A model generated the notes under the pieces. The model did not search any database and was not told the DNA's origin. It saw only the letters and a list, made by a program, of their open reading frames with translations. This document shows positions 45,436 to 54,837 of a stretch of 64,000 nt of DNA, piece by piece; positions within the stretch are counted from its first letter, which is position 1; every line of letters starts with the position of its first letter. The position numbers were made by a program, and so were the translations under genes. The stretch covers positions 3,385-67,384 of the forward strand of contig CAYSKP010000027.1 in the NCBI GenBank assembly GCA_964431645.1, written 5' to 3'. The DNA comes from an uncultured Pirellulales bacterium (GTDB lineage: Bacteria; Planctomycetota; Phycisphaerae; Sedimentisphaerales; Anaerobacaceae).

Positions 45436-46947
45436 CTATAAATCATGGCCGCAATAAGATAAATTGAAACTCTTATTGCAAAGCGGAAAATCTGAAATCT
45501 GCTGGTTTCTAAGTGCTATTGCCAGGCCTGTCCAGTTGTGAAAAGAAGGGTCAACAATTTTATAATGGCTCAATTTCCCATCTGTCCCTGTCAACCCGAC
45601 GTGGCATATCTCGCCTCGCCAGCCCTCGATAAGACTGACACATATTTTATTCGGCAAAGCCGCTTTTATCTCCGAGTTAATTGGCCCGTCAGGTATCATG
45701 TTGAGCTGGTCATTAATAAAATCGATAGACCTTTGTATTTCAAGCCACCTCACATAAGCCCTGGCAAATACGTCACCTGTATGCCAGCTCGAAATTGGTA
45801 TCTGTGAAAAACAATAAATTCCTGCGGGAAAATTAAACCGTGAATCTATTTCCATGCCGCACGCCCTTGCAGGGACACCCACTAACCCCAGTTTTTTACA
45901 AATATCCGTCTGCACAATACCTGTCTCTTCAAAACGGGCAAGGACCGAAGATGTGTTCCAGAGCAAATCAGCGGCGACATTCACATCTTTTAAGTCCCTT
46001 GCAAGTTTTTCCAGCAGCTCATCGCAATGTTGTTTATTTATATCGAAACCGGCCCCGCCAGGAACAACTAATCCCCTGCCGAATCTATTACCGCAAATAA
46101 GGGCAGTCATATTGAGAAAATCACCGCGAATCCTGCCGCAAAAAGACGATGTTGGAAGATAGCCGACATCCCCGGCAAGAGCCCCGAGATCACCTGTATG
46201 ATTCGCTAATCTTTCAAGCTCAAGAGCTATCCCGCGTAAAGTTTGAGCACGAGGTGAGACTCTGCAATCCGAGAGTGATTCCATTAGCTGGCAGTATGCA
46301 GTCGTGTGGCCGATTGTTGTATCGCCTGCAAGTGTCTCCATAAAATGAATAGTTCTTCTATCAGGACCGCCGGTCAGCGTTCGTTCAATGCCGCGGTGCT
46401 GATAGCCGAGCGATATTTCAAGATTTAGAACATTTTCACCAAAACATTGAAATCGAAAATGTCCCGGCTCGATAATTCCCGCGTGCACAGGGCCAACAGC
46501 GACTTCGTGAATCTCTTCTCCTTCAACCTTGAAGAAATCCATCACTGATGGGAGTATTTCAGCTTTTTTATGAATGATATTTGAGTATGAATTATGAAAC
46601 CGAACTGGCTTAAGCCATGGATGTCCCTCTGGGGATATTGACCATTGTTCGTATATCTCACGCTCAAACATGTGAGCCTGTGGGCAATCGGGTGTAAGCG
46701 AAGGATATTTATCCGTCACCTCTGAAGATAACACCGAAAGATTACCTGCATTATCGTCAGCGAGAATCGCAAATAAACGAAATTTCTGCGGAGTTGCCGG
46801 ATACGCGAAAAATGATGTTATTCTTTTTCCTGAGTTTACGGCCTCAATAATAAATGACCTAAAGTTGTTTATTCCAACTACAGGAATCTGCTTTATATCG
46901 ACGGACTGGCAATTGAACAATGATATTGAATTTCCTGCAATCATCAA
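45436..46947 (-). CDS. NuoC-NuoD / HycE-like 'large subunit' lacking the [NiFe] cysteine ligands
   Basis: NuoC-like N-terminus (HMFEREIYEQW). NuoD/HycE core (GPVHAGIIEPGHFRF, YQHRGIER). The L1 site reads ETLAGDTTIGHTTAY instead of ERxCGxCxxxH. The C-terminus reads SFNLSYCGHDL-stop instead of S(I)DPCxSCxDR. Confidence 0.85.
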   Translation of the reverse strand: MMIAGNSISLFNCQSVDIKQIPVVGINNFRSFIIEAVNSGKRITSFFAYPATPQKFRLFAILADDNAGNLSVLSSEVTDKYPSLTPDCPQAHMFEREIYEQWSISPEGHPWLKPVRFHNSYSNIIHKKAEILPSVMDFFKVEGEEIHEVAVGPVHAGIIEPGHFRFQCFGENVLNLEISLGYQHRGIERTLTGGPDRRTIHFMETLAGDTTIGHTTAYCQLMESLSDCRVSPRAQTLRGIALELERLANHTGDLGALAGDVGYLPTSSFCGRIRGDFLNMTALICGNRFGRGLVVPGGAGFDINKQHCDELLEKLARDLKDVNVAADLLWNTSSVLARFEETGIVQTDICKKLGLVGVPARACGMEIDSRFNFPAGIYCFSQIPISSWHTGDVFARAYVRWLEIQRSIDFINDQLNMIPDGPINSEIKAALPNKICVSLIEGWRGEICHVGLTGTDGKLSHYKIVDPSFHNWTGLAIALRNQQISDFPLCNKSFNLSYCGHDL

Positions 46948-48419
46948 TATCCTCCTATTGCCGAAGCGACACTGTGAAGCAGCCTGTCAAAGACAGGTGG
47001 AATATATAGTCCAAGCATGAGAGTCATCGCCCCTAATGCAAGAGGCGGCAGAATTTTAAATACGCCGGCGGGTCTGTCTTTAACCTGTAAATTGTCGTTT
47101 TTTTGCCCTTGTGTCATATTCAAAAAGGCTGCTGACATGCCCACAAAGACAACAGCAAGTAACGAAAGAAAAGCTATAGCAATACCGATCCGACCCTGCT
47201 CAATCATGGATTTAACAATTGTAAATTCGCTGACAAAAATCCCGAAAGGCGGCATCCCTGAAATCGCGAGAAACCCTCCCAGCCACAAAACACCCGTTAT
47301 GGGGGAAACAGATAAAATTCCCTGGACCTCTTTAGTTGTTTTTGTTTTATAAATAGCGATTAGATTGCCCGCTACCATAAAGAGCATAGCCTTTGCAACG
47401 GAATGATTGACCGCGTGAAGTACCGCACCGAAAGTTGCACCCGCCCCGATGCCTACACCTAGAGCCAGAATACCGATATGCTCAACACTGGAATATGCCA
47501 GCATCCTTTTATAATCGGCCTGGCCCAAAATGAAAATGGCTGCCCACGCGATTGATATCAACCCGAATAATACAAGAAGTCCCTGACAAAATTTTGCTTC
47601 GCCGGCTGCCGAGCAAACCTGATAGCACCTTAATATTGCGAGAAAAGCACAATTTAAAAGAGCGCCTGAAAGCAAAGCAGAAATTATTGAAGGGGCTTCG
47701 CTGTGCGCATCCGGCAGCCATGTATGTAAAGGGGCCAAACCCATTTTTGTCCCATAACCTACGAGGAAGAATAAGAAGGCTGCCTTAAGCCACTGAATAT
47801 TGAGATTATGTCCCTCTTGTATAAGAGCGTTTAAGACTATCGCCGTCCCTTCGGCTGCAGGCTTTGTGTCGGCTATTACTATGAAGAAATTGCCTAGCAG
47901 AGCAAGGGCGATACCGACGGAGCATATCAGCAGATATTTCCATGTGGCTTCCAGAGAGCGATGATGCCGATGAAAATATATCAATGGCGCACTGGCCAGT
48001 GTTGTCGCCTCCATTGCCACCCATAGTATTCCAAAATGCTGACTCACTGTCACCAGAGTCATTGTCGCAAGGAACGCCTCGATACAAGCGCAAAAAATTG
48101 CTTCAGGGGCATTGGTAAAGATTGTCTCTTCCTCGAAAACCTGTTTCTTATTCCGCGCTTCTCCGGCGAGATACCCGAATGTGTAAAATGAGCATGCCAA
48201 AAAAAGCACACTGGTAATTGTTAAAAATAACAGGCCGAGTTTATCTAACATAATCCAGCCATTAAAAAGGGGTGCAGGCTCAATACTCCACGCTATTATA
48301 GTAACGCAGGTATGGCCTATAGCCGCGAGTATGAGAATGATTCTGCGTAACATATCGTTACGTATTATCAGCGATAAAACTGCGGCTATCACTGGAATCA
48401 ATAAGAGTGCAAGAATCAT
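46944..48419 (-). CDS. NuoN/HyfF-like antiporter-type membrane subunit
   Basis: 491-aa polytopic protein with Mrp/NuoLMN-like composition. Its order matches hyfF. Confidence 0.8.
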   Translation of the reverse strand: MILALLLIPVIAAVLSLIIRNDMLRRIILILAAIGHTCVTIIAWSIEPAPLFNGWIMLDKLGLLFLTITSVLFLACSFYTFGYLAGEARNKKQVFEEETIFTNAPEAIFCACIEAFLATMTLVTVSQHFGILWVAMEATTLASAPLIYFHRHHRSLEATWKYLLICSVGIALALLGNFFIVIADTKPAAEGTAIVLNALIQEGHNLNIQWLKAAFLFFLVGYGTKMGLAPLHTWLPDAHSEAPSIISALLSGALLNCAFLAILRCYQVCSAAGEAKFCQGLLVLFGLISIAWAAIFILGQADYKRMLAYSSVEHIGILALGVGIGAGATFGAVLHAVNHSVAKAMLFMVAGNLIAIYKTKTTKEVQGILSVSPITGVLWLGGFLAISGMPPFGIFVSEFTIVKSMIEQGRIGIAIAFLSLLAVVFVGMSAAFLNMTQGQKNDNLQVKDRPAGVFKILPPLALGAMTLMLGLYIPPVFDRLLHSVASAIGGY

Positions 48420-48423
48420 AACC

Positions 48424-49068
48424 TCAGCTCCTTAATCTCGAAAGCTGGTCGGTGTCAATATGGTCGAATTCGCGATTAATATGGAAAATCGCAATACCCA
48501 TTACGAAGACTGCCACAAATATATCAAGCAGTACCCCAATCTCAACAAGCATCGGCTGCTGCTTGACCAGTGCTACTCCGAAAGCATATATACCATTTTC
48601 CAGGACTAAGTAACCAAGAACCTGTGTAAGCGCCTTTTTTCTGCTAATGATAAGAAACAATCCTGACATAATCGTAAAGAACGCCACAGGCACAATCAAT
48701 GGAGACATCAGCGGCTGTGGAAAAGGCAGACGATGGCTGAGCCACATACAAGTTAAAAATGCGATTGTCCCTGCAATGATTGAAATTCCGTAACCAATAA
48801 ACGGCTCTATTTCACGCTGTATCGACAGCTCTCTAAGGGTCCTGTTGAGCATCCACGGGAATACGCCGCCTTTTAAGCTGATGATGACTATTGAAAACAA
48901 AACAAGATGCATTTCAAAATTCCATTGGTTTAATATTAGAGGCAGAAAACTAAGCGCAACACCCTGCAGGGCTACAATACGAATACAAGCGCCCATCCTG
49001 CTTAGACCTAGCAGCATCAGATTTGTTAAAACAAGAAATATCATTATTAAATCAGCGGTATTATTCAT
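48424..49068 (-). CDS. HyfE-like small membrane subunit
   Basis: 214 aa with about 7 TM helices. Its position matches hyfE. Confidence 0.7.
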   Translation of the reverse strand: MNNTADLIMIFLVLTNLMLLGLSRMGACIRIVALQGVALSFLPLILNQWNFEMHLVLFSIVIISLKGGVFPWMLNRTLRELSIQREIEPFIGYGISIIAGTIAFLTCMWLSHRLPFPQPLMSPLIVPVAFFTIMSGLFLIISRKKALTQVLGYLVLENGIYAFGVALVKQQPMLVEIGVLLDIFVAVFVMGIAIFHINREFDHIDTDQLSRLRS

Positions 49069-49072
49069 TCAA

Positions 49073-49978
49073 TCACCTTAACACCAGCGCCAATACCGAA
49101 AGTGTTGTCGCACCAATCAAAAGCTGCGGCACATGAAGCAGCCGCAGCCTGGCCATAGAGGACTCGATTATGCCTACAAGTACAGCCAGAATAAGCATAG
49201 CCGCCATTGCTGATGAAGTATCGATCCAGATATTGTGGGTATGTATCGGGACTGTAATACCGATAATGACCTGCCCAAGCAGCCACATTTTCAGCACAGC
49301 GGAATAAAGGATGAATCCGAAATCCGGTCCGGAATGGTCAAGCACCATAACCTCATGTATCATTGTCAATTCGAGATGAGTATTCGGGTCATCGACAGGT
49401 ATCCTGCAATTTTCCGCAAGAAAAACAATCAAGAGAGCAAAAGCAGTCAAAATAAGGACAGCACCTGAACTAATCCATAAGCCCGGCACTACTGTGGAAA
49501 ACATCTGGTTAAGGGATATAAATCCTGTGCATTTTGCAATGGCGGCAAGACCAATCAAAAGTGCCGGTTCTGATAATGCAGAAAATGTCACTTCCCTGCT
49601 TGCCCCCATTCCTTCAAAACTTGAGCCGGTGTCCATGGCGCTAATCACAGTGAAAAATCGCATTAAGCCAAAAAGATAAATAAATAAAATCAAATCACCA
49701 TTGAAAGATATGGCAGCAGGTAAACCCCCGAAAGGCATTAATAATGAGGCCGTAAGTGTTACGGCAAATCCAAGCAGAGGACCGGTCCGGAAAATCCATG
49801 ATGTTGTCCTGCTGTAAACCGCCCCTTTTCTAAAGAGTTTGAAAATATCATAATAAGTTTGAAATAAAGGCTGTCCCCTTCTGCCTGCGAAAACGGCCTT
49901 AGTCCTGTTTATCACTCCGAGTAAAAATGGCGCGATAACGATTGCGAGAACCGGATTTGCTAATTTCAGGATTATCAT
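49073..49978 (-). CDS. NuoH/HyfC/HycD-like membrane subunit
   Basis: 301-aa polytopic protein. The RKGAVYSR-type loop and gene order match complex I subunit 1 family proteins. Confidence 0.75.
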   Translation of the reverse strand: MIILKLANPVLAIVIAPFLLGVINRTKAVFAGRRGQPLFQTYYDIFKLFRKGAVYSRTTSWIFRTGPLLGFAVTLTASLLMPFGGLPAAISFNGDLILFIYLFGLMRFFTVISAMDTGSSFEGMGASREVTFSALSEPALLIGLAAIAKCTGFISLNQMFSTVVPGLWISSGAVLILTAFALLIVFLAENCRIPVDDPNTHLELTMIHEVMVLDHSGPDFGFILYSAVLKMWLLGQVIIGITVPIHTHNIWIDTSSAMAAMLILAVLVGIIESSMARLRLLHVPQLLIGATTLSVLALVLR

Positions 49979-49979
49979 C

Positions 49980-51959
49980 TCACATCAATTTCCAAATTAA
50001 AAGGACCCAAAGAGTCAAGGCAATATATAAAATGTAAATCTGAAGTCTTCCCTTCTGAAGCCAGTGAAGCTGCGAAAAAGACGAGCTGATCCATTTAAAC
50101 AGCGGCCGATACATATATTTTTCACTTAAATCTGATGTGTTCGTGTGAAATGCCGAGTCCTTGGGGAAAATATCTTTAATTACCGAAATCTTTTTCAAAC
50201 TCCCCAAAAACATCTTGAATAAATCAGTTAAGGGCTGGGCAAAAGATGCGGCAGTGTATTGCATCCTTGCATCAGGTCTTGCATAACCGCAATCCCATGT
50301 CCCCACGTTTCTTATAGATCGTGCCGAAAGAACCAATTTACGATAAATCGAGAAGATGACTATCAATCCAGCTAAAAACAAAGATATAATTACAATATAT
50401 GTCAGCGCCTCTGATGTGTTTACAAGTTCAAGGCGAATTGTATTAATCGGAATCGATGTTATTGCGAAAATCACATTCTCTGCAGATTTTATAATCAATG
50501 GTGAGCATATGCCTAATAAAACACATAAACTTGCAAGTATTATCATTGATATTTTCATAAAAAAACCGGCTTCGTGCGCCTCTTTTGCGTGATTACTTCG
50601 AGCTTCGCCTAAAAATATTACTCCGAATGCCTTTGTAAAACACGCAAGTGCAAGTCCGCCTATTAGTGACAAGCTTCCTACGACAACCAAGGCCGGGATA
50701 ATAGATGCAAATCTCTCGCCCAAGCCATTCTTGAAAACTCCCAGGTAAATCAAAAACTCACTAACAAAGCCGTTCAAAGGAGGCAATCCGCAAATTGCTA
50801 TTGAACCGACTAAAAAAGTTAAACCAGTTATCGGCATTCTTTTTATAAGTCCGCCCAATAAATCAATATGACCTGTTTTGGTAGCGTGAAGCACCGAGCC
50901 TGCTCCGAGAAAGAGCAATCCTTTGAAAACTGCATGATTTATAACGTGAAATAATCCGCCGGCAAAACCAAGGATTGCAAGGGCCGGCATTTTCATATTC
51001 ATGCCCAGAAGCCCAACACCGAGACCTAATGTAATAATTCCGATATTTTCTACGCTGTGATAAGCCAGTAATTTTTTTAAGTCATGCTGCGCAAGTGCAA
51101 AGAGAACGCCTAGAACTCCTGAAATAGCGCCAATAGCGATAAGTGTCCAGCACCACCAATTAGGAGGCATTCCTAAAACTGTTAATGCCCTGACCAAACC
51201 ATAAATGCCGGTTTTTATCATAACCCCGCTCATTACTGCCGAGACATGGCTCGGTGCGGCTGGATGTGCGTATGGCAGCCAAATATGCATTGGCATGAAA
51301 CCAGCCTTTGTTCCAAAACCGATTATCGCAAGAATAAATAATATGCTTTCCATTGAAGATGGAATCGCCGGAATTTTATCAAAATCCAATGAGCCCGCCT
51401 GAATTCCGAGGAGAATAAAAAATATAATTAAAAAAGCTGTTCCGATATGTGTCGCGATAAGATAAATCCAGCCTGCGTGACGAACCATTGGCTTTTCATA
51501 TTCGAAGGTAACCAGGAAAAAGGAGGCGAGCGACATTATTTCCCAGCTTATCAGAAACAATAATCCATTTCTGCTGGTTACAACAAGAGCCATTGATGCC
51601 AAAAGAAGATTGTAAAAGAACCATGAAATGCCGAGATTTTTGTGTTGGCGATATTGCCAAAGATATTGAGCACCATAAATTGCGGCAATGGCGGTAAGTC
51701 CAAAAATTGGAATTAAAAATAAAGCTGATAATGCATCTATTTGAATGAAAAAGGAGCCGAAAGGCATGCTCCAGTTCAAACGCAATGATTCGCAAGTGCC
51801 TGTGATAAGGATAGTTATAGAAGGGATTAATGAAATAGCGCTTCCGATTACGGCAGAAGTTGATCCCAGAATAGTTGCAATTAATGGCTTTCGGCCAAAA
51901 AATAAAGAACTCAAACCGCCTGCAATGATAATCACCAGACCAGAGATGAAGAATTGCAT
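49980..51959 (-). CDS. NuoL/HyfB-like antiporter-type membrane subunit
   Basis: 659-aa polytopic protein with the conserved NuoL/HyfB-type WLPYAHPAAPSHVSA segment. Confidence 0.8.
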   Translation of the reverse strand: MQFFISGLVIIIAGGLSSLFFGRKPLIATILGSTSAVIGSAISLIPSITILITGTCESLRLNWSMPFGSFFIQIDALSALFLIPIFGLTAIAAIYGAQYLWQYRQHKNLGISWFFYNLLLASMALVVTSRNGLLFLISWEIMSLASFFLVTFEYEKPMVRHAGWIYLIATHIGTAFLIIFFILLGIQAGSLDFDKIPAIPSSMESILFILAIIGFGTKAGFMPMHIWLPYAHPAAPSHVSAVMSGVMIKTGIYGLVRALTVLGMPPNWWCWTLIAIGAISGVLGVLFALAQHDLKKLLAYHSVENIGIITLGLGVGLLGMNMKMPALAILGFAGGLFHVINHAVFKGLLFLGAGSVLHATKTGHIDLLGGLIKRMPITGLTFLVGSIAICGLPPLNGFVSEFLIYLGVFKNGLGERFASIIPALVVVGSLSLIGGLALACFTKAFGVIFLGEARSNHAKEAHEAGFFMKISMIILASLCVLLGICSPLIIKSAENVIFAITSIPINTIRLELVNTSEALTYIVIISLFLAGLIVIFSIYRKLVLSARSIRNVGTWDCGYARPDARMQYTAASFAQPLTDLFKMFLGSLKKISVIKDIFPKDSAFHTNTSDLSEKYMYRPLFKWISSSFSQLHWLQKGRLQIYILYIALTLWVLLIWKLM

Positions 51960-52697
51960 TTAGCTTGCCTCTCTAACTTCAGCAGGGGCCGGACTTTGAG
52001 GTGAGTTTGGGCTTGTTCCATTGGATTTTAGATTGGCTTCGACACGCTTAATTTCAGCATAAATTTCATCGCGGGTGGCCTGAGTTTCTATGACCTTTCT
52101 GAAGGCATCGTCACGAAGCGCAAATGCAAGTCTTGAAAGGAGATACAGATGGGCTTTAACTGTGGGACTTATAAGTGTAAACAGGCAAGTAACGGGCTTG
52201 CCGTCAAGAGAGCCGAAATCGATCGGTTTTTCAAGGAAGCATAATGAGATAATTGGCTCTAACACATGGAGGACAATGGGGTTACGGACGTGAGGGATGG
52301 CAATGCCGTCGCCGACGGCGGTTGAGGCGATTGCCTCGCGCGCTAAAAGCACTTGCAGCAAGAAGTTACGATCGATTTCTTGAGGCAGCCTCATTAAATT
52401 AACGACGGTTTTTAGGGCGGATTCTTTGTTATCGCCTTCGATACGATAGTAGATGCCGCCCTGCATTAATGCCGCAAGAAGTCCGCCTGATGGGAGAGAT
52501 GTGCCATTGGGCTCCATGAAAAGGTCGGCAGAGACGCCAATTTGCTTGGAAGTGGCCCATTCGAGCAGTTCTGCCTTATTAAAACGGTACTGATTTCCGA
52601 GCTGATAGGCGGGGAGATTACCCTGCTTTAGCCATCTGTAAATCGTTTTCTCATTTACATTTAGGAGCTTTGCTACATCTTTTACTGAAAGCTGCAT
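51960..52697 (-). CDS. HTH (excisionase/MerR-type) DNA-binding domain fused to a PTS EIIA(Ntr/Fru)-type domain
   Basis: N-terminus VKDVAKLLNVNEKTIYRWLKQGNLPAYQLGNQYRFNKAELLEWA. EIIA-2 domain with GDGIAIPHVRNP (phosphorylatable His). Its stop codon abuts the ATG of the next gene. Confidence 0.8.
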   Translation of the reverse strand: MQLSVKDVAKLLNVNEKTIYRWLKQGNLPAYQLGNQYRFNKAELLEWATSKQIGVSADLFMEPNGTSLPSGGLLAALMQGGIYYRIEGDNKESALKTVVNLMRLPQEIDRNFLLQVLLAREAIASTAVGDGIAIPHVRNPIVLHVLEPIISLCFLEKPIDFGSLDGKPVTCLFTLISPTVKAHLYLLSRLAFALRDDAFRKVIETQATRDEIYAEIKRVEANLKSNGTSPNSPQSPAPAEVREAS

Positions 52698-52915
52698 TTC
52701 ATCACCCTATTGATATATGCTTTCTATGCAATGGACAATTGTGGACACAATAAGATAAATGTCGGCAAATGTCAAGGCAATGCATAAAGAAAGAGGATTT
52801 GGTGTATGTAAGTTATTTGTTTTTAAGGTATTATTGCTTGGAATTTTTTTAAATTTTTTGCGATAATATGATTTGAAACGTGCTAAATTTGATCCTGAAA
52901 CGTTTGCAAATGATA

Positions 52916-53080
52916 GAGAAACGATCCCGAAACGGTACCCATATGATACCTAAACGATACCGATATGAATGCATCTGAAAAAATGAAAATGGATCCTCGG
53001 CAGAAGGCCAAGGAGTACACCCGAGGACCTGCGCTGCGCTCGGAAACGATAGAGAAGTGATCCCTAAACTATCCCTAAAG
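52916..53080. repeat. Second copy of the GAGAAACGATCCCGAAACNGTACC / CCCNAAACTAT repeat element
   Basis: 52916-52939 gagaaacgatcccgaaacggtacc matches 10607-10630 at 23/24 positions. 53061-53080 tccctaaactatccctaaag resembles the 10651-10690 tandem unit. Additional GAAACG words occur at 52875-52905. Confidence 0.7.
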
Positions 53081-53099
53081 GATACTTTTCGATATCGAT

Positions 53100-54491
53100 A
53101 TGACTACCAATTTTTTAGAGACAACTGACAACTTAAGGGAGATGGCGAGAAGACTGAGGCTGAAGATTCCAGTCGAAGATGACATCTCAATTTTAGGTGA
53201 GCCAATAAAAATTGGAACTCTTAATGCGCCGAACCGGATGGCGGTCAACCCGATGGAAGGCGCGGATGGAGACAGCATTGGCAGACCTGGTGAACTGACG
53301 CTGAGGAGATATAAAAGATTTGCGGCCGGAGGATGCGGAATTATATGGGCGGAGGCGATGGCAGTTGTGCCGGAGGGCAGGGCAAATCCAAGACAACTAT
53401 GGCTAAATGACAAGAGCAAAGATGAATTCGCAAAAATGATTTCAATGATGCGCAAGGCCGCACATGATTCGATGGGTAATTCGCATAATCCAATCATAGT
53501 TGCGCAACTGACACATTCGGGGAGATATTCGAAGCCGGAGGGGATTTCAAAACCTATAATACCGCAGAGGGACCCATATAGGGACGCGATGAAACCTCAG
53601 GAGAAGCCGAAAAAAATACACGGGCAAGATGCCCGTGTTACGGGGCCGATTGCTACCGATGAATATCTCGATGGGTTGATTGGGCATTATGTTACGGCCG
53701 CGAAGATGGCATTTGAGATTGGATTTGACGCCGTGGATATAAAGGCATGTCACGGATATTTAATCAATGAGTTATTGGCGTGCTTTAAGAGAGAGGGAAA
53801 ATACGGCGGGAGTTTTGAAAACAGGACGAGATTATTGCTTTCTATCATCGATGCGGTAAGACAGGAAGTTGGAAGTAACAAAATCATAACTACACGGATG
53901 GGGATTTATGATGCTATACCATATCCATACGGATGGGGGGTGGATAAGAAGGATTACAGGAAGGCGGATTTGAGTGAGCCGAAGAAGCTATTTAAATTAT
54001 TGGCACAGCGAAATATTCCAATGGTTAATATCACGATTGGAAATCCATATTATAATCCGCATTTTAACCGGCCGTTCAATGAGCCGATTGCAGATGGGTA
54101 CAAGTCGCCGGAAAAACCGCTTGAAGGTGTCGCCAGGATGATTGGACTGACAGCCCAAATGCAGAAGGCATTTCCAGGGATGGTTTTGATAGGGCCGGGA
54201 TATAGCTGGCTACGCCAATTGATGCCGTATGTCGGGGCGGGGGTTTTGAAGAATAAAATGGCAAGCGTGATGGGCGCAGGCAGGATGTCTTTTGCGTATC
54301 CGGATTTCGCCAGGGACATTATTAAAAACGGCAAGATGGACCCGAACAAGGTCTGTATTGCGTGCAGCGCATGCACACAGATTATGAGGGATGGGGGGAC
54401 AACGGGATGCGTTGTTCGGGACAACAAGATTTACGGGCCTATTTTTAAACACGGCAGGATGAGTAATAGAGATAATCTGCCGAAGCCATAG
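53100..54491 (+). CDS. Old Yellow Enzyme-family NADH:flavin oxidoreductase (TIM barrel)
   Basis: NRMAVNPMEG, AQLTHSGR and DAVDIKACHGYLINELL are OYE/2,4-dienoyl-CoA-reductase N-domain motifs. A Cys-rich segment follows (CIACSACTQIMRDGGTTGC). Confidence 0.8.
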   Translation: MTTNFLETTDNLREMARRLRLKIPVEDDISILGEPIKIGTLNAPNRMAVNPMEGADGDSIGRPGELTLRRYKRFAAGGCGIIWAEAMAVVPEGRANPRQLWLNDKSKDEFAKMISMMRKAAHDSMGNSHNPIIVAQLTHSGRYSKPEGISKPIIPQRDPYRDAMKPQEKPKKIHGQDARVTGPIATDEYLDGLIGHYVTAAKMAFEIGFDAVDIKACHGYLINELLACFKREGKYGGSFENRTRLLLSIIDAVRQEVGSNKIITTRMGIYDAIPYPYGWGVDKKDYRKADLSEPKKLFKLLAQRNIPMVNITIGNPYYNPHFNRPFNEPIADGYKSPEKPLEGVARMIGLTAQMQKAFPGMVLIGPGYSWLRQLMPYVGAGVLKNKMASVMGAGRMSFAYPDFARDIIKNGKMDPNKVCIACSACTQIMRDGGTTGCVVRDNKIYGPIFKHGRMSNRDNLPKP

Positions 54492-54550
54492 AGATTATAA
54501 GCCGCAGAGGTCACAGAGATAATAATTAAAAAAATTAGAAGAGACAAATT

Positions 54551-54592
54551 GAACAAAGAACAGAGAACATAGAATGCAGAATACAGAACAAA
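54551..54592. repeat. Heptanucleotide tandem repeat (GAAYRNA)x6
   Basis: gaacaaa gaacaga gaacata gaatgca gaataca gaacaaa, read directly from the sequence. Confidence 0.8.
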
Positions 54593-54837
54593 CTTTCACT
54601 TATTTTTTAGTTTTTAATTTTTAATTTAATATTTAGGCATCCTTTGACAAAGCTCCCGATAACGACTTTCGAGGGCAGGCAGAGGACACAGAGGTTTTTA
54701 AAATTTAGAATTTGAAATTGAGAACTTAGAGTTTAGAATAAAATCCAAAAAACGAAATACGAAACAAGCACGAATTCAAAAAATTAAATTTCGAAAACAT
54801 AGATGAGACAAAAGGAAGAAGATAGAGAAAATTCAAT

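Noticed and set aside
44672-51959. Annotating the cluster as a bona fide formate hydrogenlyase / group-4 [NiFe] hydrogenase (hyf/hyc)
   Set aside because: The large subunit lacks Cys at all four canonical Ni-Fe ligand positions and has no C-terminal processing extension. No hyp, fdh or CODH genes are nearby. I report it as a hydrogenase-related complex instead.
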